Shown here one piece after another: positions 8,167 through 17,952 of a stretch of 64,000 nt of DNA (its first letter is position 1; each line of letters starts with the position of its first letter). The notes under the pieces are model-generated. The model worked only from the letters and a program-made list of their open reading frames with translations, was not told where the DNA came from and ran no database searches. The position numbers were made by a program, and so were the translations under genes. Origin of the DNA: a virus (lineage: Duplodnaviria; Caudoviricetes). The stretch is from positions 1,199 to 65,198 of the IMG/VR virus record IMGVR_UViG_3300024999_000097, one strand, 5' to 3'.

Positions 8167-9750
8167 ATGAGTAAAAAATCAAATGCAAAAAGGAAAATAC
8201 AAACACAAATACAGGAAGTTCCTCAACAACCTAGAAGCTTTACAACAGATGCTTTTCAGAATCTATTAGCAAGAATGGGTGTAGGGACTCCTAGTATGAT
8301 TGAATCTACTGCTTATCCATTAACAAGGTTATCACAAAACTATACACTAATGAACAGCTTGTATAGAAGTCATTGGATAGTACGACGGATTATTGATGTA
8401 ATACCAGAAGATATGTGTAAAAACTGGTATCAAGTATCTAGTCAATTAGAACCAGACCATATTGAACGCATTAAGAAACTTGAAAGAAAAACAAGCGTAA
8501 AACCTAAGATTCTTGAAACTTTAAAGTGGGCAAGGCTTTATGGTGGTGCTGCTGCTATAATGATGATTGATGGTCATGAAGGAATACTTGATCAACCACT
8601 TAATATTGATATGGTAATGCCTGGTAGTTTCAAAGGCCTTCTAGTAGTTGACAGATGGTCAGGATTGAACCCAAGTACAGGTTTGGTAATAGATATTAAT
8701 GATCCTGAGTTCGGCCTCCCAGAAACGTACCAAGTAACAAATAACGCTACTCATGAAACAGTAAATATACATCATAGTAGGGTACTTCGGTTTATTGGTC
8801 GTGATCTTCCATTCTGGGAAAAGCAATCCGAAGTTTATTGGGGTGCTTCTGAAATTGAGCATATTTATGATGAATTAAGGAAGCGTGATAATACATCATG
8901 GAACATTGCAAATTTAGTATTTAGGGCTAATCTTAATGTTTTACAAATGGAAGGCCTTGACCAAGTATTTGCAACTGGTAATGATAAGGTGAAGCAAGAC
9001 ATTTATAACACTGTACAAGCTCAAAACTGGCTTATGAATAATTTTAGTATGTATATTCTGGGTGAAAAAGATAAGTTTGATACTAAATCCTATACATTTG
9101 CTGGTTTATCTGATATATATGAAAACTTTATGTGTGATATATCTGGTGCTGCTGAGATACCGGTAACAAAACTCTTTGGTCGTTCACCTGCTGGTATGAA
9201 TGCAACGGGTGAATCGGATATGCAAAACTATTATGATGTAATTGAGGAACGCCAGGAGTCGTATTTAAGGCCAGTATTTGATAAATTGCTTCCGGTACTA
9301 TTTATGTCAGAATTAGGAGCTATTCCTGATGATTTAGATTATAAGTTTAGTCCTATACGTAGGGCCTCGGATGAAGAAAAAGCTGAGTTAGGTTCTAAAA
9401 TAACAGGTTCAGTTATTGAAGTATTTAATGCTGGTTTAATCAGTCAACAAATAGCTTTAAAAGAACTTCGTCAGTTAGAAGAAATCACCGATATGTGGTC
9501 TAATATTACTGATGATGATATAGCTAATGCTGATGCTAATATTCAACAGCCTATGGGTGAAGAGGGAATACCCGGTATGGGCGAAGGGATGGAAGGATTA
9601 TTTGGCAATAATAAGCCGGATAATAAGCAACCGGAAAACGATAGCTCAAACATGTTACAACAAATGCAGTACCAACAACACAGAAACAAAGTACAGCTTG
9701 ATGATGTTTTAAATAAAATGGCGTTTGACGAAAATAGTTTACAAAATTAA
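8167..9750 (+). CDS. Portal protein (DUF1073 family)
   Basis: Follows TerL; LYRSHW, RLYGG, IPVTKLFGRSPAGMNATGESD..NYYD. Confidence 0.9.
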   Translation: MSKKSNAKRKIQTQIQEVPQQPRSFTTDAFQNLLARMGVGTPSMIESTAYPLTRLSQNYTLMNSLYRSHWIVRRIIDVIPEDMCKNWYQVSSQLEPDHIERIKKLERKTSVKPKILETLKWARLYGGAAAIMMIDGHEGILDQPLNIDMVMPGSFKGLLVVDRWSGLNPSTGLVIDINDPEFGLPETYQVTNNATHETVNIHHSRVLRFIGRDLPFWEKQSEVYWGASEIEHIYDELRKRDNTSWNIANLVFRANLNVLQMEGLDQVFATGNDKVKQDIYNTVQAQNWLMNNFSMYILGEKDKFDTKSYTFAGLSDIYENFMCDISGAAEIPVTKLFGRSPAGMNATGESDMQNYYDVIEERQESYLRPVFDKLLPVLFMSELGAIPDDLDYKFSPIRRASDEEKAELGSKITGSVIEVFNAGLISQQIALKELRQLEEITDMWSNITDDDIANADANIQQPMGEEGIPGMGEGMEGLFGNNKPDNKQPENDSSNMLQQMQYQQHRNKVQLDDVLNKMAFDENSLQN

Positions 9751-9766
9751 CTTTATATGTTATAAT
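9738..9766 (+). promoter_or_regulatory. SigmaA-type promoter (repeated family) inside head operon
   Basis: TTTACA-17-TATAAT with TG extension. Confidence 0.75.
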
Positions 9767-9794
9767 GTTATTTATCAGTAAAGAGGTGGTTCAA

Positions 9795-11465
9795 ATAGAT
9801 AAGAAACAAATACTAATACCACTTGTAAATGTTTTATCTGGTTTAGCTGCTGTTATAGAACAGGAAAGCAAGAAACCTATGACACATGATGGTGGTGAAG
9901 GTAGTGGCAATCATGGTCATAAAGGTAGGCCAGGTAAAAGAGGCGGAAGTGGTAAAGGTGGGGGAAGTAGTATAAGTGAACCAGAATTAAGGAAATCAAT
10001 AGTTGAAGCATTATTGGGACATGAAACTGCTGGATACCCAGAATCTAAAAAATCAACTTTAGAAGAACGTACTACTACACACCTTATAAATTCTTACAAA
10101 GAAATGATTGAAAAGCATGGAGCAAGTGAGAAAGAAGAAGTTTCAAAAGTTGGCGAACTGATAAAAGAATTTAAAGATGAAAGTAAACCTGAAACTAAAA
10201 GTCCAAGTAGTTCTGGTAAAGCACCAAAGTTGCCTAAATCTTTTATGACACTCTGGGGTAAAGCTGGTAAACTTACTGAAATAGGTAGTAGATATGTTGA
10301 TGGTGCAGAAGATTTAACAAGGCATGGTTTAGCTATTCATATAGCTTTAGGTGCAAAAGATAAGGATAAAGATGGTAAGTTCTTTGATGAACTAACTGAA
10401 ATGGTTCCAACTCCTCATGAAGCTCCTAAATCTTTCGATAGTTTTAAAGATATGCATCATCTTGAATTAGCTTATAGAGCCAAAGTAATGGGTGTTAAAG
10501 ATTGGGATAAGTTAGCTATAAGATCTTTAAAAGCTAAACTGCCAGAAGCTTACAGTGTAACTCCAGTTGATTCACATGTTGTTAAAACTGTTAAACCGGT
10601 TGAAAAACCAGTTAAGGTTGAAGGTAAAAAAGTTCCTGCTCCTACTAAAGAGCAACCAATACCTAAAAGTAACCGCCAAATTATTCGTGGTCAAGATAGT
10701 TTTATGAATCGTTATGTACCGCCAGATAAAACAGTAAAAAGTTATTATAATGAGGTAGGAGAAAACATTGAATTTCATGCTAAGAAAAATAATTTAACTG
10801 TTGAAGAATACAAATCTAAGCTTAATGAAAAATGCCAGGATTTAATTGATAAGTGTGATCTTAAAATGAGGATTGATTCAAAAGTATTATTGAATTTTAT
10901 TCTTCATAATGGTGGTAGATTTAAGAATCAATTTGAAACTGGTACATCCGGTGGTTATTTAGGAAAAGGATTTGATAATCCAAGAGCTAAATGTGAAACA
11001 AGTTATTGGGATATACATAAAGAAGCTGATGGTGCTACTAGACCAATATATGGTTATATGTATTCAGATGAAGCTTTTGATGGTAAAGGCCCAGGTTGGG
11101 TAGATGGTTATGGTGACCTATCAATAACATTTAAACCAGATGTTAAGAAAAGGACTACTGTTGGCACAGGTGATACATTAAATAATCATTTTAGTAAAGG
11201 TGATACAGATTTTATTGTTAAACCAGTAACTGAAATTGATCATACTATTATTGGCAGAGGAAAATTTGGTTCACTTGCTGATCCTTTAAAAGCTAAAAGC
11301 TTATATGATTTAAAGGATGAATATATTGAAGCTCAAATATTTGGCCCAACAACTGTTCATGATATAGCTCATGTAAGTTTTGCAGGTGGTATACCAAATA
11401 GTGAAATAACTAAAGAATTAGACAAATTAGGTATACCTTGGCATAAAGGTAAAAAGGGGGAATAA
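9795..11465 (+). CDS. Head-region protein with GSGNxGHxGRPG motif and C-terminal DUF3626-like (putative ART-fold) domain; probable ATA start
   Basis: DGGEGSGNHGHKGRPGKRGGSG; FKNQFETGTSGG, RPIYGY, YG, RTT..GD, YIEAQIFG; track ATG 9765 lies inside the -10 box and GAGGTGG precedes ATA 9795. Confidence 0.7.
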   Translation: MDKKQILIPLVNVLSGLAAVIEQESKKPMTHDGGEGSGNHGHKGRPGKRGGSGKGGGSSISEPELRKSIVEALLGHETAGYPESKKSTLEERTTTHLINSYKEMIEKHGASEKEEVSKVGELIKEFKDESKPETKSPSSSGKAPKLPKSFMTLWGKAGKLTEIGSRYVDGAEDLTRHGLAIHIALGAKDKDKDGKFFDELTEMVPTPHEAPKSFDSFKDMHHLELAYRAKVMGVKDWDKLAIRSLKAKLPEAYSVTPVDSHVVKTVKPVEKPVKVEGKKVPAPTKEQPIPKSNRQIIRGQDSFMNRYVPPDKTVKSYYNEVGENIEFHAKKNNLTVEEYKSKLNEKCQDLIDKCDLKMRIDSKVLLNFILHNGGRFKNQFETGTSGGYLGKGFDNPRAKCETSYWDIHKEADGATRPIYGYMYSDEAFDGKGPGWVDGYGDLSITFKPDVKKRTTVGTGDTLNNHFSKGDTDFIVKPVTEIDHTIIGRGKFGSLADPLKAKSLYDLKDEYIEAQIFGPTTVHDIAHVSFAGGIPNSEITKELDKLGIPWHKGKKGE

Positions 11466-11468
11466 ATA

Positions 11469-11717
11469 GTGGAAGGTAAAATAATAGCTACAAGGAGTGC
11501 AAGCGGTTATTTGATTGATGTAGGTAATAATCAAGGTAGGGTGTTTGATATTGAAAAGAAGATAATCTTCACTCCTTTTAATATTAATTCTATCCTTGCT
11601 CGTGGTTACTGGGAAGATTATCCTTCTGAAGGTGAAGAACCTATGGAAGTTGCCAGTTTGATTAAAGGAGCTAAGGAAATGGATTTGGAAGGGAATTTAA
11701 CCGGTAAAACTTTTTGA
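11469..11717 (+). CDS. Small partner protein of the DUF3626-like gene
   Basis: 82 aa, directly downstream, SILARGYWE motif. Confidence 0.6.
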   Translation: MEGKIIATRSASGYLIDVGNNQGRVFDIEKKIIFTPFNINSILARGYWEDYPSEGEEPMEVASLIKGAKEMDLEGNLTGKTF

Positions 11718-11736
11718 TTAAAATTTAAAATAACTG

Positions 11737-11822
11737 TTTACAACTTTTAGGTTTTATGATATAATATTACTATGTGTTATCTTAGTAAATAAACATTAGA
11801 CTCCCATTTGGGGGTCTTTTTG
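11737..11822 (+). promoter_or_regulatory. Promoter immediately followed by terminator with no ORF (possible ~50-nt RNA)
   Basis: TTTACA-17-TATAAT (11737-11765); agactccc-attt-gggggtct-tttt (11798-11822). Confidence 0.6.
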
Positions 11823-11844
11823 TTATTATAAGTGGTGATAAGAA

Positions 11845-12675
11845 ATGCCTAAAGAACCTTGGGAACCAAAAAGAAAGATTGAACATGGTTATTTTAGTTC
11901 ATTAAAACAGATTGTAGATTATTTAGGTAACTTAATCATAAATGAATCAAACCCTTATGTTATTGCAGCTCTTATAAAAGTAGCTTTTAATAATCCAGTA
12001 TTTAAGCGTTATTCTGAATCAGCAGCTAGAAAAATGGTAACACATTTGATGGTTGAAAATGCTAAGTCTTGGAGGGAAGCTGCTAGGAAGGGTAGTAAAG
12101 GAAGTATTATATATAAAGCTTTAAGGCAAGAACTAAAAGGTCCAATTGGTGGCGCAGTACATAGTCAAATAATGCGTAATGCAGAAATAATTAGTACTTT
12201 ACCTTTAAACATTTCACAAAAAGTAACTGATTATATCAGTGAAGAAACTTTTAAGGGTAAAAGAGCTTCAGAAATAGCAGAAGAAATAAAAAGAATGTTT
12301 CCTGAAAGAACTAAAGCCAGTGCTAAGTTAATTGCTAGAACTGAAGTGAGTAAAACCTCAACAGCTTTAACTAGGGCACGTGCTGAAAGTATAGGCTTGA
12401 ATTGGTACGTATGGAGAACAAGTGAAGATGAAAGAGTGAGGTCAAGTCATAGGCATATGGATAGAGTATTGATTAAATGGCTTAATCCTCCTCAGCCGGA
12501 GAAGCTTATAGGTGAAAAACATCCGCCAGCACCATATCATGCAGGTGAAATATATAATTGTAGATGTTATCCGGCACCTTTAACTGATATAGACCGAGTA
12601 CAATGGCCCCACAAAGTATTTTATAATGGGTCTATTCAAATGATGACGAGAAGTAAATTTGTAAGAATTATGTAA
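11845..12675 (+). CDS. Minor head protein (SPP1 gp7/MuF family)
   Basis: LIARTE, WRTSEDERVRSSH, HAG..YNCRC. Confidence 0.9.
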   Translation: MPKEPWEPKRKIEHGYFSSLKQIVDYLGNLIINESNPYVIAALIKVAFNNPVFKRYSESAARKMVTHLMVENAKSWREAARKGSKGSIIYKALRQELKGPIGGAVHSQIMRNAEIISTLPLNISQKVTDYISEETFKGKRASEIAEEIKRMFPERTKASAKLIARTEVSKTSTALTRARAESIGLNWYVWRTSEDERVRSSHRHMDRVLIKWLNPPQPEKLIGEKHPPAPYHAGEIYNCRCYPAPLTDIDRVQWPHKVFYNGSIQMMTRSKFVRIM

Positions 12676-12684
12676 GGAAAGAAG

Positions 12685-14772
12685 GTGGTTAAAATACCTG
12701 GTATAAATACTATAAGCCCGAATACAGGAAGACTTATTCAAGAAGATAACGATGTGGTAAACTTAGCTGATATGTCCGAGCTGATAACTAAAACTTTAGT
12801 TGTAGCAGGAATAGCCTCTATGGATGGTTCATCTTCTTTTATTGTTGACGATACAAAGAACTTTGAAGCTGGTTTGTTTGTTGGTAAACTAATTAAAGTA
12901 ACTATTGATGGAGTAGAATATATCCGTAAAATAGTAAGTTGTGATGGTCAATTAATACAAATTACTCACACGAGGGAAACTGTAGCTGCTTCTGTGATAA
13001 TAGGTGAACCAGAAGGCCCACAGTTAACTATAACAAGTGAATTTCCTGGTAGCGAAGGAAATAATTGTTCAGTTATTATTGTAAATGGTGCAGAACCAAA
13101 TACACTTTTAGCTGCTGTTATAGACCCTGAAACTAATCTTTTAACTGTTACATTGGCTACTGATGGAGAAGGTTTACCCGATAATACTGTAAATACTGGA
13201 ATGGCTGTAGCTACTGCTATTGATATATTACCTGAATTTATTGCTGAAATGACAGGTGCTGGTGGTATAGTAACAGAAATAGCCGAAGCTATTCCGCTTA
13301 CTGGTGGTATTGATCCAATAGTAATAACCGAAGGAACTCCATATGAAATTTTACTTACAGATCCAAATCAAATAGATGTTAAAGTAGAAGGAATGGGTAG
13401 TGTAGATACTATTGCTGTAACTGATCCGGATACATTAACAGCTAATGAGCTTGGGTTATTAAGAGGTATACTTAAACAAATTAAAACTGGCATAGTGAAT
13501 AAAGATTCAAATGGTGATGAAATATTTACTAATACAAGACCTGGTAGTATGAAATTAATGGATAGTAATGGTGGGCAGGCAACTATTACAGGCGGTAAAT
13601 TAGATGTCAATGCAAATGTCTCTGTTGATAATTTAACTATACCTAATAATTTGTTAGCGATTCCAAAAACTGAATTAAAACCATTAGCTCTTTTAGAGAG
13701 CCACCCTAATGACCCTGTACCTAATAGCATTGACCCAGATGGTAATGTTTATGGTAGAGCAAGTAATGGATTAATATTTAATAGTACAGATAGTTGCGCT
13801 ACTTTTAATTACTCCACTTTTGACTTTACTATTTTTGCACTTGGAACACCATACTATGTCATAAAAACTAATAAAAAATATATTGTCTTTTTGCGGGATG
13901 CAAACAACAATAAGGGCGGTATTGTTACAAGTGATTCTTTTGATAGTGGCTATGTCCTAGCGGTAACAAACGTTAGTTCATATCCAGATGATATTGCTAT
14001 TAACTACTATCATGGTGCTATGCCTAATGGTGATTCTATTATTTTATCCGGCGAATATGGTATGGTTAAGAATGTTGTAAAAAACTTGTGGGCATCATTT
14101 GATAGTGGGGTAACATGGCAATCTGTACTACAAACACCAATTGTAGATATTGCTGTTAATAACCACTTTCATCATAGTATTTATGACCCATATATGGGCA
14201 GAATTTGGGCTACTTGTGGTGATGGAGTAAACGCAATATTGAGGTATTCTGATGATTTAGGTTTAACATGGGGAACTGTGTCATTCGAAGGAACAAACCC
14301 ACAACCAACAATACTAATGGCATTTCCTGGTAGAATTGTTTACGGTGCGGATGCAGGAAATTACCCTGTTTCTTTGTGGAATATTCCGAGAGATACGGAT
14401 GCTACGGTAAAAGGTATGGAAACATTTACTTCAGAACTGGCGTATACAATGATAACTAATAAATTTTGTTATGATTATTACGGACAACCCCCTGTGGCAC
14501 AATCAGGAATTGAAGCATATGCTGCTTTTCCTGCTTATGATGGTTCAAAGAAATCACTTATTGTTGCTACAGGTGATGGAGGTAATAGTTGGAATATTGT
14601 TTATCAGTATAAGTATGAAAGAATTGTAGGTGGTCAAGGGTTTACCAGAGGTTTAGTTGGTCCAGATAAAAATGGTTTTATATTTTCCTATATTTTAGCA
14701 TTAGCACCATCTAATAATACTGTAAGATCGTGTATATTAAAATTGCCAAAAGTAGAGTGGGTTTATAAGTAG
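12685..14772 (+). CDS. Virion appendage protein: sheath-insert-like N-domain plus Asp-box beta-propeller (sialidase/BNR-like)
   Basis: LTITSEFPGSEGNN..LTGG; SFDSGVTW, SDDLGLTW, TGDGGNSW Asp-box repeats. Confidence 0.6.
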   Translation: MVKIPGINTISPNTGRLIQEDNDVVNLADMSELITKTLVVAGIASMDGSSSFIVDDTKNFEAGLFVGKLIKVTIDGVEYIRKIVSCDGQLIQITHTRETVAASVIIGEPEGPQLTITSEFPGSEGNNCSVIIVNGAEPNTLLAAVIDPETNLLTVTLATDGEGLPDNTVNTGMAVATAIDILPEFIAEMTGAGGIVTEIAEAIPLTGGIDPIVITEGTPYEILLTDPNQIDVKVEGMGSVDTIAVTDPDTLTANELGLLRGILKQIKTGIVNKDSNGDEIFTNTRPGSMKLMDSNGGQATITGGKLDVNANVSVDNLTIPNNLLAIPKTELKPLALLESHPNDPVPNSIDPDGNVYGRASNGLIFNSTDSCATFNYSTFDFTIFALGTPYYVIKTNKKYIVFLRDANNNKGGIVTSDSFDSGYVLAVTNVSSYPDDIAINYYHGAMPNGDSIILSGEYGMVKNVVKNLWASFDSGVTWQSVLQTPIVDIAVNNHFHHSIYDPYMGRIWATCGDGVNAILRYSDDLGLTWGTVSFEGTNPQPTILMAFPGRIVYGADAGNYPVSLWNIPRDTDATVKGMETFTSELAYTMITNKFCYDYYGQPPVAQSGIEAYAAFPAYDGSKKSLIVATGDGGNSWNIVYQYKYERIVGGQGFTRGLVGPDKNGFIFSYILALAPSNNTVRSCILKLPKVEWVYK

Positions 14773-14816
14773 ATTTACTATCTAGTTAATGGTATTAAAA
14801 AAAAGGAGCTAATATT

Positions 14817-15146
14817 ATGACGATGACCGGTGGGACTACAAACGTCCAGCTAGTTGTTAAAGGATCTGTTATTAAAGATGATAATCCATTTCCTGTAAAA
14901 TTAATAGGCAGCGATATCGTAGAACAACTTACTGAGGCTGATGCGGTGGATAATGTTTTAACTTTTTCTGATGTTATTCATGCTGTTGAAATAGTCCACG
15001 AGGAAGAAACATGGCAGACTTTCGTTGTTAACGGTATTTCTCTTAAACTACCTCAAGGCGTTTATCGTACTGGAGTTGGTGGTACTCCTAGTGTAAGTGT
15101 TACTATTCCGGCAGGGATTACGTGTACTATAGGGAGGTTGGTGTAA
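14817..15146 (+). CDS. Small structural adaptor protein (paralogous N-terminus with 23540 gene)
   Basis: NVQL..G..DDNPFPV shared with the 23474-23971 ORF. Confidence 0.6.
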   Translation: MTMTGGTTNVQLVVKGSVIKDDNPFPVKLIGSDIVEQLTEADAVDNVLTFSDVIHAVEIVHEEETWQTFVVNGISLKLPQGVYRTGVGGTPSVSVTIPAGITCTIGRLV

Positions 15147-16598
15147 TTGAGTTATAGCCCGATTAGGCCGACCAGGAAAGAGTTTAATGACAATCTTGGA
15201 AATATTATATCGATAAAACAACCTCCGCCACCTCTTGTCCCAGTGAAAAGCGGTGGTGTAATAGATGCCTCCGTTGATACACAAAACATATTTAATGGTG
15301 CTGTTAATAAAAGAATTTATATTCCAGATGGCATTTACTATATTGCTTCCTCAATAGACCCTAGTGGGTTTAAATATATTGAAGGTTCATGTTCAAATAA
15401 AGTTATTTTTATAACAGACCAGGATATATCTATTTTTGAAAGCCCAGATACAACAGATAACAATTACCTTTTTATAAAAGGTATAACATTAAAACAAATA
15501 GGGGTGTCAACCAAACCAGCTATAAAGTTAGCAGGTAAAATGGCAAGTCCTTATACTGGTTTTAGTTATAGTTTGTTAGAGGATGTTATGGTAGATGGTT
15601 TTCAAGATGGTTTTGAGGGGTATGGTTTTTGGAGTACGCTTTTTAATCGTATCAGGTTTAGAAATTTGGCTAGGCACCATATTAGGCTTGGTTCTAAGAC
15701 CAATAACGTTATTGTGAAAAATTCAGTTCTTCAAAATGGAGTAAATGGAATTGTGGCCAATAACGCTATTGGTGGTGATGGTACACAAATAACATCCATT
15801 CATTGTGATAATCTTGACTGTGAAAGCATGAGTGGATATTTATTCGATTTATACGCCGTTGAAACATTTACAGCTTCGAAACTTCACACGGAAGGAATTG
15901 CTCAAATAGCTAATATTGATTCCGTGGCAAATTTTGTGCTGGAAAAATCCAGGTTAAACGCTGTTACTAGGGTATTAACAGCTAGAAAATCCAATGCCTC
16001 CGTCTTATTTTCTGGTATACCTAAAATACTAAACAATCAAATCACTATTAACACTACAGGTAATATTGGGCTTGTTCAATTAAGTACGTCTGAGATTCCA
16101 GCAAAACTTAAATGGGAGGGTAATGACGTACAAGTTACTAATGGTGCTAATGTTTTTGTTTATAATAATGATTTTAACGCAACAACCCTATCGAACCATA
16201 AAAGAATAGGAGACACAATATCAACAGCAGCTAGCAGGTTTAGGTATAGCGAGGACATAATAACTCACGTTTTCGACCTTTCAAGAAGTCGTGAAAAATA
16301 CGCTAAGTTAATGACTGCTGAATTAGAATGTGTAGGTGCTGGCACCGCTGCATCCGCTACAACAGTAAGTGTAAAAGATGCAACGGGTACAGCTATTTTC
16401 CAAGGAACCATTCAAGCGCAAGCATACGCCACAGGTGACAAGATTAATCTAGGCAGGACATTTACTGCTAGTGAGTATTGGCGAGGAGTGGTTACCGAGG
16501 GAACAACTTGGACTGTCAGTCATTCAAATACTACAGGCGTTGATGCCTTGACGTTTAAAGTAAACTTCCTTTTGCCGAAATTTGGTGACGAAGCATAA
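15147..16598 (+). CDS. Parallel beta-helix (pectate-lyase-like) spike/depolymerase
   Basis: IYIPDGIYYI, Asn/Gly-rich beta-helix repeats. Confidence 0.65.
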   Translation: MSYSPIRPTRKEFNDNLGNIISIKQPPPPLVPVKSGGVIDASVDTQNIFNGAVNKRIYIPDGIYYIASSIDPSGFKYIEGSCSNKVIFITDQDISIFESPDTTDNNYLFIKGITLKQIGVSTKPAIKLAGKMASPYTGFSYSLLEDVMVDGFQDGFEGYGFWSTLFNRIRFRNLARHHIRLGSKTNNVIVKNSVLQNGVNGIVANNAIGGDGTQITSIHCDNLDCESMSGYLFDLYAVETFTASKLHTEGIAQIANIDSVANFVLEKSRLNAVTRVLTARKSNASVLFSGIPKILNNQITINTTGNIGLVQLSTSEIPAKLKWEGNDVQVTNGANVFVYNNDFNATTLSNHKRIGDTISTAASRFRYSEDIITHVFDLSRSREKYAKLMTAELECVGAGTAASATTVSVKDATGTAIFQGTIQAQAYATGDKINLGRTFTASEYWRGVVTEGTTWTVSHSNTTGVDALTFKVNFLLPKFGDEA

Positions 16599-16657
16599 AA
16601 GTAGGTGATAAAAATATCCTCTAACCCTAAGAGAAATTGAAAGAAGGTGGTGATAAT

Positions 16658-17950
16658 GTGAAGGCGTTTTATGGTTCAAGATTTAGCCCGAATATGACGA
16701 AAACTCCAGAAGGGTTTTTAGTTTGTCATAATGTTCCTATAACAAGGACGGGTTGGCTAGAATATTTAGGGCAAGAGCTGGGGTTAAAAGATAAATACGA
16801 CCAGGTAATTAAAGTATATCGAAGTGACAAAGAAGTGTTTAATTCAGCTACTATGGCTTCTTTTGAAGGTAAGTCTGTTACAGATGGGCATCCTTCAAAT
16901 GATGTTAGAGCTGATAATTATATGATGTATGAAAAGGGTCAAGTAACAAATGTAAGGCCAAGTCAAGATGAACCAGATTTACTTCTTGCAGATTTAATAA
17001 TAAAAGATCCGTTACTTATTTCTGAAGTTGAACATGGTAAACGTGAAGTATCTTGTGGGTATGATTGTAATTATGTTCCTATTCAAGGTGAAGAAGGAAT
17101 ATATAATCAGGTTGCTATACGAGGTAATCATGTAGCTGTTGTACCTGTTGGTAGAGCTGGTTCAAGAGTAACAATAAAGGACGAAAGTCCATTATATAAA
17201 AAAAGAACAAATGAAAGGGGAAAGAAAATGCCTATACTGGACAAAAAAAGTATAATTGGAAGAATGCTTTCCGCATTTGCAAGGGACGCTGAGCCAGAAG
17301 AGATGGCTGAAGCTGCTAAAATGTTTAAGGAAGAGGAAGGGGAAGCAAGAGATAGTATGTTTCAAAATGCTGAGCAAAACCAAACTGCTGCTCCACAAGC
17401 CGGTGGCAACAACGCTGTAGCTGAATTAACTAAACAAGTACAAGCTCTAACAGAGGTTGTAGGTCAGTTACTTCAAGCTGAAAAAAGTGAACCGAATCAT
17501 AATCCGGATGCTTTGGAATCTTTAGCTGCTGAGCTTGAGGGTCAAAAACCTACTCAGGATTTTGGTAATGAAGAATCAGTAACAGTTTCACCTGAACAGA
17601 TGAATCAAGATTCTGAAATTAGTGCCGGCCCTGTGTCTGCTGCTAATACTCGTCCTGACAATCCCATTCCGGGTGCAGACAGAAATACCATTTTAAATGC
17701 CATTAAAACTATGAAGCCAATTATTGCTTCTATTCCCGATGCCGGCGAAAGAAAGAAAGCTTCTGATGCTTTGGCTAAGACCTTTAGGGATCAGATGGCT
17801 GTTGCTCCAACAAATGTCAATGGTTATGCAATGGTTCAAAATGCTATTAGTGCTAATACTAAAGCAAAAGATAAGCAGGTTGTTGACCCTGTTTATGAAG
17901 GTAAAGAATGGGCCAAGAAATTTAATCCGCATTATAAGGAGGGTAAATAA
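16658..17950 (+). CDS. DUF2213 prohead protease/scaffold
   Basis: TPEGFLVC..PITRTG..Y, SFEGKSVTDGHP, EVSCGY, NHVAVV..GRAG; acidic scaffold tail. Confidence 0.9.
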   Translation: MKAFYGSRFSPNMTKTPEGFLVCHNVPITRTGWLEYLGQELGLKDKYDQVIKVYRSDKEVFNSATMASFEGKSVTDGHPSNDVRADNYMMYEKGQVTNVRPSQDEPDLLLADLIIKDPLLISEVEHGKREVSCGYDCNYVPIQGEEGIYNQVAIRGNHVAVVPVGRAGSRVTIKDESPLYKKRTNERGKKMPILDKKSIIGRMLSAFARDAEPEEMAEAAKMFKEEEGEARDSMFQNAEQNQTAAPQAGGNNAVAELTKQVQALTEVVGQLLQAEKSEPNHNPDALESLAAELEGQKPTQDFGNEESVTVSPEQMNQDSEISAGPVSAANTRPDNPIPGADRNTILNAIKTMKPIIASIPDAGERKKASDALAKTFRDQMAVAPTNVNGYAMVQNAISANTKAKDKQVVDPVYEGKEWAKKFNPHYKEGK

Positions 17951-17952
17951 AC

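Noticed and set aside
8167-9750. Portal as an anti-CBASS Acb1 protein (a label sometimes attached to DUF1073)
   Set aside because: Position and motifs are those of a portal; no 2H phosphoesterase HxT pair seen
16599-16640. Inverted boundary site after the 483-aa beta-helix gene
   Set aside because: No convincing TTACTA-type match, so only two of the three appendage loci are claimed to have both ends
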